This document shows, piece by piece, positions 49,972 to 59,958 of a stretch of 64,000 nt of DNA. The notes below the pieces were generated by a model. It made no database searches, was not told the DNA's origin, and worked only from the letters and a program-made list of their open reading frames with translations. Within the stretch, counting starts at the first letter, position 1, and each line of letters begins with the position of its first letter. Location of the stretch: positions 288,001 through 352,000 of the forward strand of contig JBMNIW010000001.1 of the NCBI GenBank assembly GCA_050951325.1, written 5' to 3'. Both the position numbers and the translations under genes were made by a program. The stretch is from Clostridia bacterium (GTDB taxonomy: Bacteria; Bacillota; Clostridia; UBA1212; DUPL01).

Positions 49972-51792
49972 TTAAATATTATTTACCACTACCCCTCCAT
50001 CGGATTTGATAGTCTTTCCACTCTTAAGCGTATACTCACCAGCTTTATGAAAAACAAAGATATGGCCACCATTTCCAAACTCAACACCTTGAATCAACGG
50101 AGTGTTTACAATGTTTTCGACCTCAAGCTTCTTCGAAGCGTCAATAACCGCATATGAAAACTTTGAACCCTTTGGACTTGTTCCATGACTTATCCCAATT
50201 TTAAGCACATCCACCGCAACAGTTTCCGTCGGTATATTTTTGTTGTTTCTTCTCCAGCTTCCTGTAACTTTGGCGTATGTGTATTCCAATTTCCGTTCAG
50301 GATCCAAATTTATGTATAAAAAAGAACCGTTGGTTATTACATTACCATCTACCTGAACATTGAAGTTGTCCTCAAGGACGCACTGATTTATTGTTGTCCA
50401 TATTTCCTTGTCATTGTTCTGCTTATGACAGCAAATATTCGTACCCAGTACTATGACACCTTCGTCAAACACAATATACGTAACAGTTCCTGTCAGCATA
50501 TCCCTGTTGTCAAAATCCATGGTCATGGCGCCTTTTCCGTTCTTTATACTGGCATAACATTTATCATTCAACCCAATTTTACTATTCCAGATGTTCAGCC
50601 TGTTTAGCACATCCTGTTCACTTTCAATATATGATGTGGTACCAGGCATCATGGAATAATCCCATACAGCAGGCATGTTTTCATATTCCTTTCCTGTACT
50701 CAAAAAGCACATGTTTGTGCCATAGGACAGGTTGTAACCGAGAATGTTTTCTCCATTCAAGCTTTCCGAACCTATAAGGGTGTTGTTCAAACCTTTAATG
50801 GAGATATAGAAGTTTTGACGCTGATGAGTCAGGACAAGACTGTCTTCAAAGAATTTTGTCTCCTTTATATATGGAGTTCCATTGTCATACGCAGTTATAA
50901 ATGCTTCAAGATTGGCTTTTCGCGGAATAGATGAAGTTTTTGAATACAGTTCCGCAGCTCGTCTAATTGCTATACTGGTATATGCCTCCGGCCTGCAGTA
51001 TTCACGACCTATGGCAAGATAGTCAACAGTACCGTTTCTAATCATGTACACTTGACCTTCAAGCAAAAAGTCAACAAGCAGCTTCAGTATTTCTTTAGAG
51101 AACTGATATTCAGTTCCTGATAGTATGTATACCATTGGTGATAGGGATTCTGTAAACGATCTGCCATACCCCATTGTATAATGCTGGGGGCCATGCTGGA
51201 AGAAGCTGTAGTCAGGCTTTACTCCTTCCTTTAAGCCATCTGCAATTTCAAACTCATAAGAGGCACGATCCACCGCCTTTTTCAAAAGCTCACAGTCCTG
51301 AACAAGGAGGGCATGCTTTACTGTAGTCCATACACCCCATATCAGATTGGCACCTGTCATGTTATATGCATGCTGATTGTGGGAAAAAGAACCTCTTTGA
51401 ATAATTGAAACAGCTTTGTCAAGCTCCTCTTCTGTTAACTCATCCTCCAGCATTATTGTCAGGTCACACAAAGCAGAAGGCACACCTATTTGCATATACC
51501 ACCAGTTGGTGTTTTGAAAATCATGCTTTAACCAGTAGCGGAAAGCGCCAGCAAGTTTATCAAAAAGCTCCTTGTCCATATCTCTTCCGTACCGCTGCAG
51601 TACAAGGCGTGTTCTATTCAAGAATGTATGTCCCTGCCAGTTAGCAGTGTTTGAATCTTGACAATTCAAATCTGACCATCTGTACAAATCACCCTCGTTT
51701 TGCAACAAAGGCAGATACTCCTCCGCATCTTCCACATTACGCCACAGATATTCATAGTACCTCTGTTTTATAACCATTAAATCCTCTATCAA
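49972..51792 (-). CDS. Polysaccharide lyase family 8 (chondroitin AC/hyaluronate lyase-like)
   Basis: NWWYMQIGVP, TGAN, DYSFFQHGPQHY..GYG, GRE, WD.SMMPGTT. Confidence 0.88.
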   Translation of the reverse strand: MIEDLMVIKQRYYEYLWRNVEDAEEYLPLLQNEGDLYRWSDLNCQDSNTANWQGHTFLNRTRLVLQRYGRDMDKELFDKLAGAFRYWLKHDFQNTNWWYMQIGVPSALCDLTIMLEDELTEEELDKAVSIIQRGSFSHNQHAYNMTGANLIWGVWTTVKHALLVQDCELLKKAVDRASYEFEIADGLKEGVKPDYSFFQHGPQHYTMGYGRSFTESLSPMVYILSGTEYQFSKEILKLLVDFLLEGQVYMIRNGTVDYLAIGREYCRPEAYTSIAIRRAAELYSKTSSIPRKANLEAFITAYDNGTPYIKETKFFEDSLVLTHQRQNFYISIKGLNNTLIGSESLNGENILGYNLSYGTNMCFLSTGKEYENMPAVWDYSMMPGTTSYIESEQDVLNRLNIWNSKIGLNDKCYASIKNGKGAMTMDFDNRDMLTGTVTYIVFDEGVIVLGTNICCHKQNNDKEIWTTINQCVLEDNFNVQVDGNVITNGSFLYINLDPERKLEYTYAKVTGSWRRNNKNIPTETVAVDVLKIGISHGTSPKGSKFSYAVIDASKKLEVENIVNTPLIQGVEFGNGGHIFVFHKAGEYTLKSGKTIKSDGGVVVNNI

Positions 51793-51890
51793 AACAGTAT
51801 CCCCCTTTTACCCTTGCCTTGATTTTAGATTAAAGTATCCCGCATACAAGCACTTTGTCTACTACAAACTCCTCAAAGCTATCAATATCT

Positions 51891-52003
51891 TTAGTAGAGC
51901 TTATCCTTGCCGTCTGCCTCAATTAATACAGCACAGTCAGGATTGTAGCTGCCAGCTTGGCAGTTATGCATACAATTTGACTCAAAGCTTTTTGCAAAAC
52001 TCA
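51891..52003 (-). pseudogene. Type III restriction Res subunit C-terminal relic
   Basis: VKLYA*LPSW and GSYNPDCAVLIEADGKDKLY, matching the YAKLP.WF...GSYNPDWAV endonuclease region, with a stop and a deletion. Confidence 0.65.
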
Positions 52004-52037
52004 TCAATAAAATGCATCCTATGCCTTCTAAATCATT

Positions 52038-52703
52038 CTATAAATCAATAACATTACACATATGCTTATTGGGGTCAGAATCAAAAGTAACATATGTATC
52101 AGGTAGTTTTACTCCCCATTTTCGTAATACAGACACAGCATCATCAATAATTTCTCTTACTACATTCTCATCAATCACCGGATATATAAAAGTTTTCTTC
52201 GGCTGTACTTTTATATTTTTGACTCCCATCTGAGTCAATACTATTTCTAGATTTTTTCTTTTACGTAGAGAGTCTTTTACACAAGAAAATTGAAACCAAC
52301 CATAATTATTGAAGTTATGAAAATCTTCTGTGTTCCATTTCTCATATGCATACTCAATATGAGATACTCCTGATGGAGCAGGGCATGTTATGTTCTCCAA
52401 AGCATTTGATATAATTTTATCCAGAAAATTTATCTTAGTATTTTCTCCATAAATAAGCCAATATGCTACAGCAAAATCATTTACTATCTGTTCCTCACTT
52501 ATAGGGTGTGGACGCACATCTGCGTTAAAGCACATGATACCATGTCCCAACTCGTGCAATAAATTATACCAGTGAAAGTATGTTTCGAATCTTTCTCTCG
52601 CATGTATTCCTCCAAAAATAGCATCAACAATATGATTTAATTCTGATGTACCCATACCATACCTACCCGTTATTATGTTAATTGCCTTTTTACCCGTTTC
52701 CAT
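52038..52703 (-). CDS. Hypothetical HExxH metallopeptidase-motif protein
   Basis: LLHELGH...EEQIVNDFA. Confidence 0.65.
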   Translation of the reverse strand: METGKKAINIITGRYGMGTSELNHIVDAIFGGIHARERFETYFHWYNLLHELGHGIMCFNADVRPHPISEEQIVNDFAVAYWLIYGENTKINFLDKIISNALENITCPAPSGVSHIEYAYEKWNTEDFHNFNNYGWFQFSCVKDSLRKRKNLEIVLTQMGVKNIKVQPKKTFIYPVIDENVVREIIDDAVSVLRKWGVKLPDTYVTFDSDPNKHMCNVIDL

Positions 52704-52796
52704 ATGTTATCTCCTATTCATAAATACAAATTTTACTAATCACCCCACAAATCAGACTATGCATTTTTTAATTTTGAGCTCAGATTATAGCCACCT

Positions 52797-54419
52797 TTAC
52801 AATTTACTTAATTCATCCATCATTGCAGTTCTATTTTTATATCTTGATTTCCAGTCATTAGTAATTTCTAACACTAGCTCTTTACCTCCTGGATATTTCT
52901 CCATTCTTCTTAAAATCGATACTATCTCTCTATAGCGAGTTCTACTTGTTGTTTTTGTTGCCATATCCTTTACTGTATACTCGTATTTTTTCAAAAGTTC
53001 TTTTGGATAAATATCTTTTAAAATTTCTTCATATTCCATAAGCATATATAATCCATAAGAGCTCATAACCAAATCAATTAATCTATCATACAATCCCTCC
53101 ATCTCGTATAATTTATCAATTCCACTATATGGAGATAACTTACTAAAAATTATTTCTCTCTTCTCTAGCCATTCTTCTTCCGTGTATATTGATTTTAACT
53201 CTTTATATAATTCCACATCTCCTGCATTATAATCTAATACTAATGACCACAGCTCTTCTTCATAAAGTTGTTTTTCTCCTATTTCTTTATATAAATCTTT
53301 TAGCTTCATGCTATAATAGATTAAAAGCCCTGGCAAATCTTTTCCTTTGTCTTTACCTTCCTTAAGCAAGGTAATTGCTATATCGTAGTCCTTCTTGTTA
53401 ATACAAATATCAATATAATATTTTCTAACTTCATCAATTTCTATATTTTCTCTACAATACTCATCAATCTCTTGTTGACTTATATTCATTTCCTCTAGAG
53501 TCTCTATACTTCGTAAAATTAATTTACCAAGTTTATATTGATTAAACCATGAATCTTTTTCTACTTTATATTCTTTTATCTTGTCATCCAGGTACATGAG
53601 TTTGCTTTCCATGAACTCTTCTTCTCTAAAATCTTCAAATAAAATCTTCTCTACATAATCCTCCATATAATCTATAACAGACCCATCCAAATGTTCAACA
53701 AACCACTTGTACATATCTCTTTTAAAATCAATACTGCAATTGTCCAATATCTCTTGCCATATCTCTAAACATCTGCCAGCTATTTCTCCCGTTCCGCCAT
53801 CCGAATCATCCATATCTTGATTTGCTACTTTAACAAATATGTAATTCGTAAGGTCAAAGGCCTCTTTTAATTGATCATTATCTAGCATTGCTTGTATATC
53901 ATTGTCTAGAATTTCTTCAAGTTCTGATATGAATCCCCAGGCATTTTTATAATCAACAAAACCATGATACCCTGAATATCTCATAAATATATTATTTATT
54001 TGATTTTTATAACATTCCATATCAACACATTGCAATCTACTTTTAAATCTATTTAATAATTTTTCATCGGTTCTTAAAACATCAATTAAAAACTCTTTAA
54101 TTAAAGTAGGTTCTGCTTCTTCCACCAATTTAACAAGACTCTCCTCTATATCCTGACTTAGGAAAGCATTTTTTTCTTCCAAATAAAATAATACTGCAGC
54201 CATATGTTTGCAATTGTATCCAGCATCCGCATATGGACAATTACAACTTAAATCTATGATTTCCTCATCATCCTTCACAATGCCAACCTTGTATTCTTCC
54301 GTTCCATACACTGTAGCTTCTATCATATTATCTTTAGTATATACATTTCCAACACGGTTAGTAATAAAATAATCTATACCTTTATCTAATATATGTTCTT
54401 TAAATAAATGCCTCCACAT
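52797..54419 (-). CDS. SWIM zinc-finger protein
   Basis: ATVYGTEEYKV..CNCPY....CKHMAAVL; DDSDGG; helical C-terminus; very AT-rich. Confidence 0.85.
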   Translation of the reverse strand: MWRHLFKEHILDKGIDYFITNRVGNVYTKDNMIEATVYGTEEYKVGIVKDDEEIIDLSCNCPYADAGYNCKHMAAVLFYLEEKNAFLSQDIEESLVKLVEEAEPTLIKEFLIDVLRTDEKLLNRFKSRLQCVDMECYKNQINNIFMRYSGYHGFVDYKNAWGFISELEEILDNDIQAMLDNDQLKEAFDLTNYIFVKVANQDMDDSDGGTGEIAGRCLEIWQEILDNCSIDFKRDMYKWFVEHLDGSVIDYMEDYVEKILFEDFREEEFMESKLMYLDDKIKEYKVEKDSWFNQYKLGKLILRSIETLEEMNISQQEIDEYCRENIEIDEVRKYYIDICINKKDYDIAITLLKEGKDKGKDLPGLLIYYSMKLKDLYKEIGEKQLYEEELWSLVLDYNAGDVELYKELKSIYTEEEWLEKREIIFSKLSPYSGIDKLYEMEGLYDRLIDLVMSSYGLYMLMEYEEILKDIYPKELLKKYEYTVKDMATKTTSRTRYREIVSILRRMEKYPGGKELVLEITNDWKSRYKNRTAMMDELSKL

Positions 54420-54730
54420 TTTATCAACTCCTTAATACTAAGGTGTATCCACAATTAATTAGTACAATTATATGAACCAGTGAGTCCGAATCAATTGACC
54501 ACTTACAACTTCGTTTTGACACTCATGTGCTATATATAATAAAATACAAAATTGCATATTTTAATGATAGCATTTTTAATTTTGATAAACAAGATTGTCA
54601 ATCTCTCTGGTGAGCACTACATACTATTTTCTGTATTTCCTCATACTCTCCTCTTCCAGTTCAATTTTGCATGTACCATGATTAAACTGCCCAAAACGCC
54701 ATCAGCATCAGCTTGCGGCTCACACTCAGC

Positions 54731-54743
54731 TTTCCGCATTACA
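54731..54743 (+). repeat. 13-bp direct repeat, copy 1
   Basis: TTTCCGCATTACA, identical to 58874-58886. Confidence 0.6.
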
Positions 54744-54864
54744 TGCAAACTTGTGCGGAACGAAAAAATCGCATGCACCAAAAGTACTCCTCGCAACACT
54801 TATGCAAGGGGCGCATGCTTACTGATATTGAGTTATCTATAAAGCAAATGGGATAACGGTGTTT

Positions 54865-56328
54865 TTATAAACATATCGGTAACACCACGGATAGCAGCAG
54901 TACTATAGAGAACACAAGCACTGCCCACCCAAGCCAAACAGAGAGAATCGGAAAAACCGAGGAAACAAACAGATATTTCTGACAAGAGCACCAGATAAGT
55001 ATCCCAAGAAAAACAAATGACATAGCAAGCTTAAGCATTATGGCAAATGTTTTCATTTTCTGATTAAAAGGAACAATCATTCTTAGTATCACCATTATGC
55101 TGGATGCGACCAATATGCCTACAATTACGCAAAGCCCATAATGCCCCCAAATAATACGTTCCATGCCAACAGATGAAAATCCGCGCCACTGTGCCCAGTC
55201 ACTTAAAACATAAGCAATAAGCGGCCAGCTTCGCTGGCTGTTTGTTAGAATTACGATGGCGTCACCTGTTTCGGGCACGGACTGCAAATGAGTCATAATA
55301 CCATTGCCCTGGCCACCGTGAGAAACAGAGAGCATACCGTTTGGTAACTTTTCAATATAGTGACCAAATCCGTATGCATCGAATACAAAACCGTAAATGC
55401 CAATTTTATTACTTTGTGGAGTATAAAGCTGTTTAATACTGTCCTCACTTAATACCAAATTTCCCTGCATACCTGCCGCTGCAAAGAGAGCAATATCGTG
55501 AGCTGTGGCAAACAATCCACCTGAAGCTTTTGATGGGTAGAGATAAACTGGAACCATCTTCCCTTCAAGGTTATACCCAGTTGGAGGATAAGGCTCAAGT
55601 GTGTCAATATTAAAGAAAGAACTATTCATGCCAAGTGGAAGCAAGACTTCATTGCGTATATATTCTGAAAAGCTTTGCCCTGTAACATCCTCAATTAATA
55701 TTTCAAGCAAGTTATAGCCTATGTTGGAATAGGAAAAACCAGCACCCGGTTTGCGCACAAGTATTGCTTCCTCTGTCATCACATCCCGATTGGAGGGCAT
55801 CACCTCGTCTAGGGAATAGATTTTGGTGAAATCCCCCAATGGCATTCCCGAAGTGTGGCTCAAAAGCTGCCGTACCGTTATTTTTTTTACCGGATAGTCA
55901 GACTTTGGAAATTTCCAGCTTGTTAGATACTGCGATACCGGAGCATCCAAGTCAACAAGCCCCTTCTCCACAAGCTTTATAACTCCCCAAGCGGTAACAG
56001 GTTTCGTAATGGATTGAACACTCATGGGAGTATCGACAGTCAGTACTCTTCTGTTTTCCACATCTGCATACCCATAACTTTCAGTCCATGTCAGTTTAAA
56101 ATCTTTAACAAGCGCAATACTGCATCCTGGTATACCATACTGCTTCATAAGATGAGGAATGCGTTCATTTATATATCTCTTGAATTCCTCAAGAGGCGCA
56201 TCGGTACTAATCTTTCGCTTGACTTGCAGACTACCGGAAAACAGCATAACGAGAAAGCTGGCTGCCATTGATAAAGTGATAAACCATATCCACATCCTTC
56301 GACCTTTAAGAATTCTTGGCTTTTTCAT
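54865..56328 (-). CDS. Membrane-anchored serine hydrolase (beta-lactamase class C/PBP family)
   Basis: SITK (SxxK), LLSHTSG, YSN, HGG motifs; N- and C-terminal TM helices. Confidence 0.9.
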   Translation of the reverse strand: MKKPRILKGRRMWIWFITLSMAASFLVMLFSGSLQVKRKISTDAPLEEFKRYINERIPHLMKQYGIPGCSIALVKDFKLTWTESYGYADVENRRVLTVDTPMSVQSITKPVTAWGVIKLVEKGLVDLDAPVSQYLTSWKFPKSDYPVKKITVRQLLSHTSGMPLGDFTKIYSLDEVMPSNRDVMTEEAILVRKPGAGFSYSNIGYNLLEILIEDVTGQSFSEYIRNEVLLPLGMNSSFFNIDTLEPYPPTGYNLEGKMVPVYLYPSKASGGLFATAHDIALFAAAGMQGNLVLSEDSIKQLYTPQSNKIGIYGFVFDAYGFGHYIEKLPNGMLSVSHGGQGNGIMTHLQSVPETGDAIVILTNSQRSWPLIAYVLSDWAQWRGFSSVGMERIIWGHYGLCVIVGILVASSIMVILRMIVPFNQKMKTFAIMLKLAMSFVFLGILIWCSCQKYLFVSSVFPILSVWLGWAVLVFSIVLLLSVVLPICL

Positions 56329-56337
56329 GACAGCACC

Positions 56338-56508
56338 TCATTTTTTAAATTGCATGGTAATTGCTCCTAGAACCACACCCAAACCAGCTCCAAAGCAAAG
56401 CCACAGAATTACGTTCTGCAAAAGTGCACCCAGAACTATGCCAAAAGCAGCACCTAAAACTATACTTGTTCCCATGTTCCAATAATCTGACATTTTACTC
56501 TTGTTCAT
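56338..56508 (-). CDS. 56-aa glycine-zipper membrane protein (not in ORF track)
   Basis: GGAGGTGA RBS; MNKSKMSDYWNMGTSIVLGAAFGIVLGALLQNVILWLCFGAGLGVVLGAITMQFKK. Confidence 0.7.
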   Translation of the reverse strand: MNKSKMSDYWNMGTSIVLGAAFGIVLGALLQNVILWLCFGAGLGVVLGAITMQFKK

Positions 56509-56535
56509 GCAACTCACCTCCTTTTGTTTTTCATG

Positions 56536-56703
56536 TTATAACAGTTGTTTTCTTTTGAGTGTCTCACTGACCTCACAACAGGTTTTCTCCTTTTTCCTCT
56601 CTGCTTCGTGTATTTCAGCAGCATTTAGACTCTGAAACTCTCCGGACAACTGATGGAAAAACTTCAATATTTTCTTTCCAATACTTTTACTAACCATAAT
56701 CAT
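56536..56703 (-). CDS. 55-aa hypothetical protein (not in ORF track)
   Basis: GAGGAAGG RBS; MIMVSKSIGKKILKFFHQLSGEF...KRKQLL. Confidence 0.5.
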   Translation of the reverse strand: MIMVSKSIGKKILKFFHQLSGEFQSLNAAEIHEAERKKEKTCCEVSETLKRKQLL

Positions 56704-56818
56704 AATACCTTCCTCATTATTCTTGTTTCATATTGAGTATAAAAGGTTGGATGGTCATATGATTAGTTACCAGAGTCATGTTTTGGGTAATAAAAAGTGG
56801 GAGCTTTGGCTCCCAACT

Positions 56819-57454
56819 TTAAAATCCTAACTGCTTGAAGTATAATATTGCGTTTGCCCGGTCAGATATTCCTGCCTTGCTGTAGATTTGACTGATATAG
56901 TTCTTTACCGTACCAACGGTTAAAAAAAGTGTTTGAGCAATTTCCTGATTGCTTTTCCCTTCCATCAGCAGACGAATGATATCCTGCTCTCGCTGGGTAA
57001 AGTCCTCAAGTTTTGTTTCCACTTTACCAGGTCTTCCAATATGACCAACGATTTTGGCGGCAATATTTCCTGGTAAAATGACATTTCCTTGTACGGTATC
57101 ACGAATTGCTTCAGCCAGTTTCACCCCGCTTATATCCTTAAGAAGATACCCTGAAGCACCATATGTAATGGCACCCAGAATCGATTCGTCATCATCAAAG
57201 GTGGTTAGTACCAACACGGCTGTTTCAGGAAAATCTTGCTTTATTAAACGGGTTGCTTCTACCCCATTCATAACCGGCATTCGTATATCCATAAGAACCA
57301 CCTGCGGTCGATGGATTTTAGTCTGCTCGTAAGCTTCCATACCATTTTTAGCTTCTGCAACAATCTGAATATCCGAGTTGGTTTCAAGTAATGCACGCAG
57401 CCCATCCCGAATGATGGTCTGATCGTCTGCCAGCAGTACGGTAATCTTGTTCAT
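56819..57454 (-). CDS. NarL/LuxR-family response regulator
   Basis: LLADDQ, LMDIRMP, LTTFDD, GYLLKD, LuxR HTH. Confidence 0.95.
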   Translation of the reverse strand: MNKITVLLADDQTIIRDGLRALLETNSDIQIVAEAKNGMEAYEQTKIHRPQVVLMDIRMPVMNGVEATRLIKQDFPETAVLVLTTFDDDESILGAITYGASGYLLKDISGVKLAEAIRDTVQGNVILPGNIAAKIVGHIGRPGKVETKLEDFTQREQDIIRLLMEGKSNQEIAQTLFLTVGTVKNYISQIYSKAGISDRANAILYFKQLGF

Positions 57455-57455
57455 T

Positions 57456-58862
57456 TTAACTCTCCTTTCTCTGCAAGGTGGGAATAATGAGGTTGACGGT
57501 AAACCCTTCTCCTGGCGTGCTTTCTATTTCCAGCACTCCACCTACGCTATCTACCCGTTCTGTCATGATAGATAGTCCAGACCCATATTTGACATCTGCC
57601 GTTCCACTACCGTTGTCTGTAAAAGTCAGCCGCAACTTCCCTTTATACTCACCTATCAGAATGTCCACATGCGTTGCCTGTCCATGCCTGATTGCATTGG
57701 TTGTACATTCCTTAACTGCCGAGAGTAGTATGCCGGCTTGAAGGGGAGGCAGAGCAGGTTCTGTCTCCATGACAAGATTAATATCAAGTCCGGTATCAGA
57801 ACGGATTTCTTTTAAAAGCTGCTCAAGGGTGGCTGCAAAACCGATTTTCTTTTCAACTCTGACAACTTTAACTGAAGCACGAAGCTCGGAAAGTCCTCTC
57901 CGCACCAGATCCGTGCCTTGCTGTATCTTTTTTTGTGCTTCATGGGACTTAGAAACAAGTCCTTCTGCCGCTTCCAGTGTATGGACGGCTGCAGTTAATG
58001 TATGTCCAACCGTATCGTGCATTTCCGCAGCAATACGGTTTCTCTCTTCCACCACTGCCAGTCTTTTTAGCTTTTCCGATTGCTCATTCACTGTACGGAG
58101 AGCTGATTCCAACTTCACACTTGTAATCATCTGCTTTTTCAAATTATAGAAAGCAAGCAAGGCCAGCAGAACCACAATTGTATTGACGAAAAAATATCGG
58201 ATCAGATCAGCAGTTTCACCAATACGGGACAAATGTATTGTTCTTGCCATGCTGCCCAATAGATATGCGCCCATTGCACCCATACCATACGCCTTTGCAC
58301 GAGATAGCGATGCGTGGTTGATGGCACTAAAACCCGCAATGATGGAAAGAAACAAATTATCGCCAGAAGAATCCAGGTATTGGATTGGTATACAAAGAGC
58401 AAGCTGCAGTATCGGCAAAAGAGGTTCGGCTCTAAAGCGCTTTTTTTCAGGAAGCAGATTATATAGCAGCATTATGAGAAAAGAGAATGTCAAAAGCCAA
58501 ATCAAGGGAATGTACGCAGAAGTTTCGTAATTTTCCGCCAGCATATGTATACCCATTACTTGATAAGCAATCAGCAGCAGTAAAAAGATCCCCTTGTTCG
58601 TCAAGTGATTTGCCTTCTCTACTTTCTCAGTTGTGGTGTCCTTTGGCAGCTTCTTTTCAGCACGAAGCAGATAAAAGGCAATGGCAGCAAGCCCAAAAAC
58701 AGTTACAGACAATATGTACAAGACGCAGAGAAGAGGCTTTCGATTTACTTGTCTTATGCTCTTTGCAATATAGAGAATTTGCAGCAACAGCTGAAGCAAT
58801 ACCCCCGGCAGTAAAAACGGCCATATTTCCCTAATTTGCATAATACTACCTCGCCTTCCCAA
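57456..58862 (-). CDS. HisKA_3 (DesK-like) sensor histidine kinase
   Basis: EERNRIAAEMHDTVGH, TNAIRHG, DNGSG, GSGL; multiple TM segments. Confidence 0.93.
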   Translation of the reverse strand: MGRRGSIMQIREIWPFLLPGVLLQLLLQILYIAKSIRQVNRKPLLCVLYILSVTVFGLAAIAFYLLRAEKKLPKDTTTEKVEKANHLTNKGIFLLLLIAYQVMGIHMLAENYETSAYIPLIWLLTFSFLIMLLYNLLPEKKRFRAEPLLPILQLALCIPIQYLDSSGDNLFLSIIAGFSAINHASLSRAKAYGMGAMGAYLLGSMARTIHLSRIGETADLIRYFFVNTIVVLLALLAFYNLKKQMITSVKLESALRTVNEQSEKLKRLAVVEERNRIAAEMHDTVGHTLTAAVHTLEAAEGLVSKSHEAQKKIQQGTDLVRRGLSELRASVKVVRVEKKIGFAATLEQLLKEIRSDTGLDINLVMETEPALPPLQAGILLSAVKECTTNAIRHGQATHVDILIGEYKGKLRLTFTDNGSGTADVKYGSGLSIMTERVDSVGGVLEIESTPGEGFTVNLIIPTLQRKES

Positions 58863-58873
58863 TCAACTTGTTG

Positions 58874-58886
58874 TTTCCGCATTACA
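58874..58886 (+). repeat. 13-bp direct repeat, copy 2
   Basis: TTTCCGCATTACA, identical to 54731-54743. Confidence 0.6.
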
Positions 58887-59113
58887 CCGTATACCGGGTG
58901 TACTTTGGAAGTGATTATCTTCACTGTAATCCATTAAGATGATCTTCCCATTTATCTCACCTTTTTTGTACAAACACGATAACTCTGCATAAAGGTCATT
59001 TTTTATTATATATTCCATTTTCCCATGAAGTCAACTGTAATACATCAAATATAAATACACCCTCGATATTTCATCGAGGGTGGTTTAAATCCCATAAATG
59101 CAGGCAAATAACT

Positions 59114-59530
59114 TTATGTTGTTGCTTCTATCCACTTTCCAACAACTTCTATTATCATTTGTCTTTTTTCCTGTATTTCATTCATAGTATTGAAGGATGC
59201 AATTGCTCTGTCATTTTCCTTCCAAATTAAAATATCATAATCGCCGCTTAGCAATCTGTTCTTTGGCATTTCTTTAACCTTCGCACCGCGATGAAATATT
59301 ACTTGCAGCTGTTTTTTAGGACTGATTCTTATAGTGATGCGATCCTCTCCATTTATACTGTAGTTAGGACCGTTCCACTTTACACTTTCAGTCAACTCAT
59401 AACCCGCACCCATTATTATTTCCCTCAAACACTCAACCTCATCTCTTAAGGAAAGGTTCAAACTATCCAAAAAATATGTCACTTCTTTATTCAAATTACT
59501 TTGACCCATATGTGCACCCCCATTATTCAA
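59114..59530 (-). CDS. DUF1801 domain protein
   Basis: LREII...LTESVKWNGPNY..IFHRGAK. Confidence 0.8.
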   Translation of the reverse strand: MNNGGAHMGQSNLNKEVTYFLDSLNLSLRDEVECLREIIMGAGYELTESVKWNGPNYSINGEDRITIRISPKKQLQVIFHRGAKVKEMPKNRLLSGDYDILIWKENDRAIASFNTMNEIQEKRQMIIEVVGKWIEATT

Positions 59531-59575
59531 TTAGAAAAAGTATAAAGGGAGTAAAACATAAAATCAAATTAAATT

Positions 59576-59944
59576 TCATATGGCAAAAAGGTCTGTGCCG
59601 CACTGTGTACAAAAACGCGCGTCGGGAACGGTGGGAGTGCCGCATTTTGGACAGAAATTTATCTGCGGGTTGACCTGATATGTAAGCGGCAAATCTTCAT
59701 CCAGCGCTTTTTCAGAAAAAAACAGCCAGAATATGTCTCCACCGTCCTCACATATTCCGATGGCACCACTGGGAGACACCACATAAAAGTCGTTTTCGTC
59801 AATGGGGTCTTCACTGTCGCTTGTTTCGGCAAGCACCAGCAAGCCTTTTACGTCGTATCTATCATTGGAAGTGGCAAAGCTCCAGCTTCCGCAGAGTGTT
59901 GCGGCAAGTTCCGCCGCTTCCAGCATAGTATCGAATCTCTCCAT
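59576..59944 (-). CDS. Zinc-ribbon domain protein
   Basis: C-terminal FCPKCG...ARFCTQCG; GGAGG RBS. Confidence 0.8.
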   Translation of the reverse strand: MERFDTMLEAAELAATLCGSWSFATSNDRYDVKGLLVLAETSDSEDPIDENDFYVVSPSGAIGICEDGGDIFWLFFSEKALDEDLPLTYQVNPQINFCPKCGTPTVPDARFCTQCGTDLFAI

Positions 59945-59958
59945 TATAAAAAGCCTCC

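Noticed and set aside
48300-59085. Similar ACACCCTCG...CGAGGGT hairpins at ~48300 and ~59057 as a repeat family
   Set aside because: Both sit at gene ends and have different loops; ordinary terminators explain them
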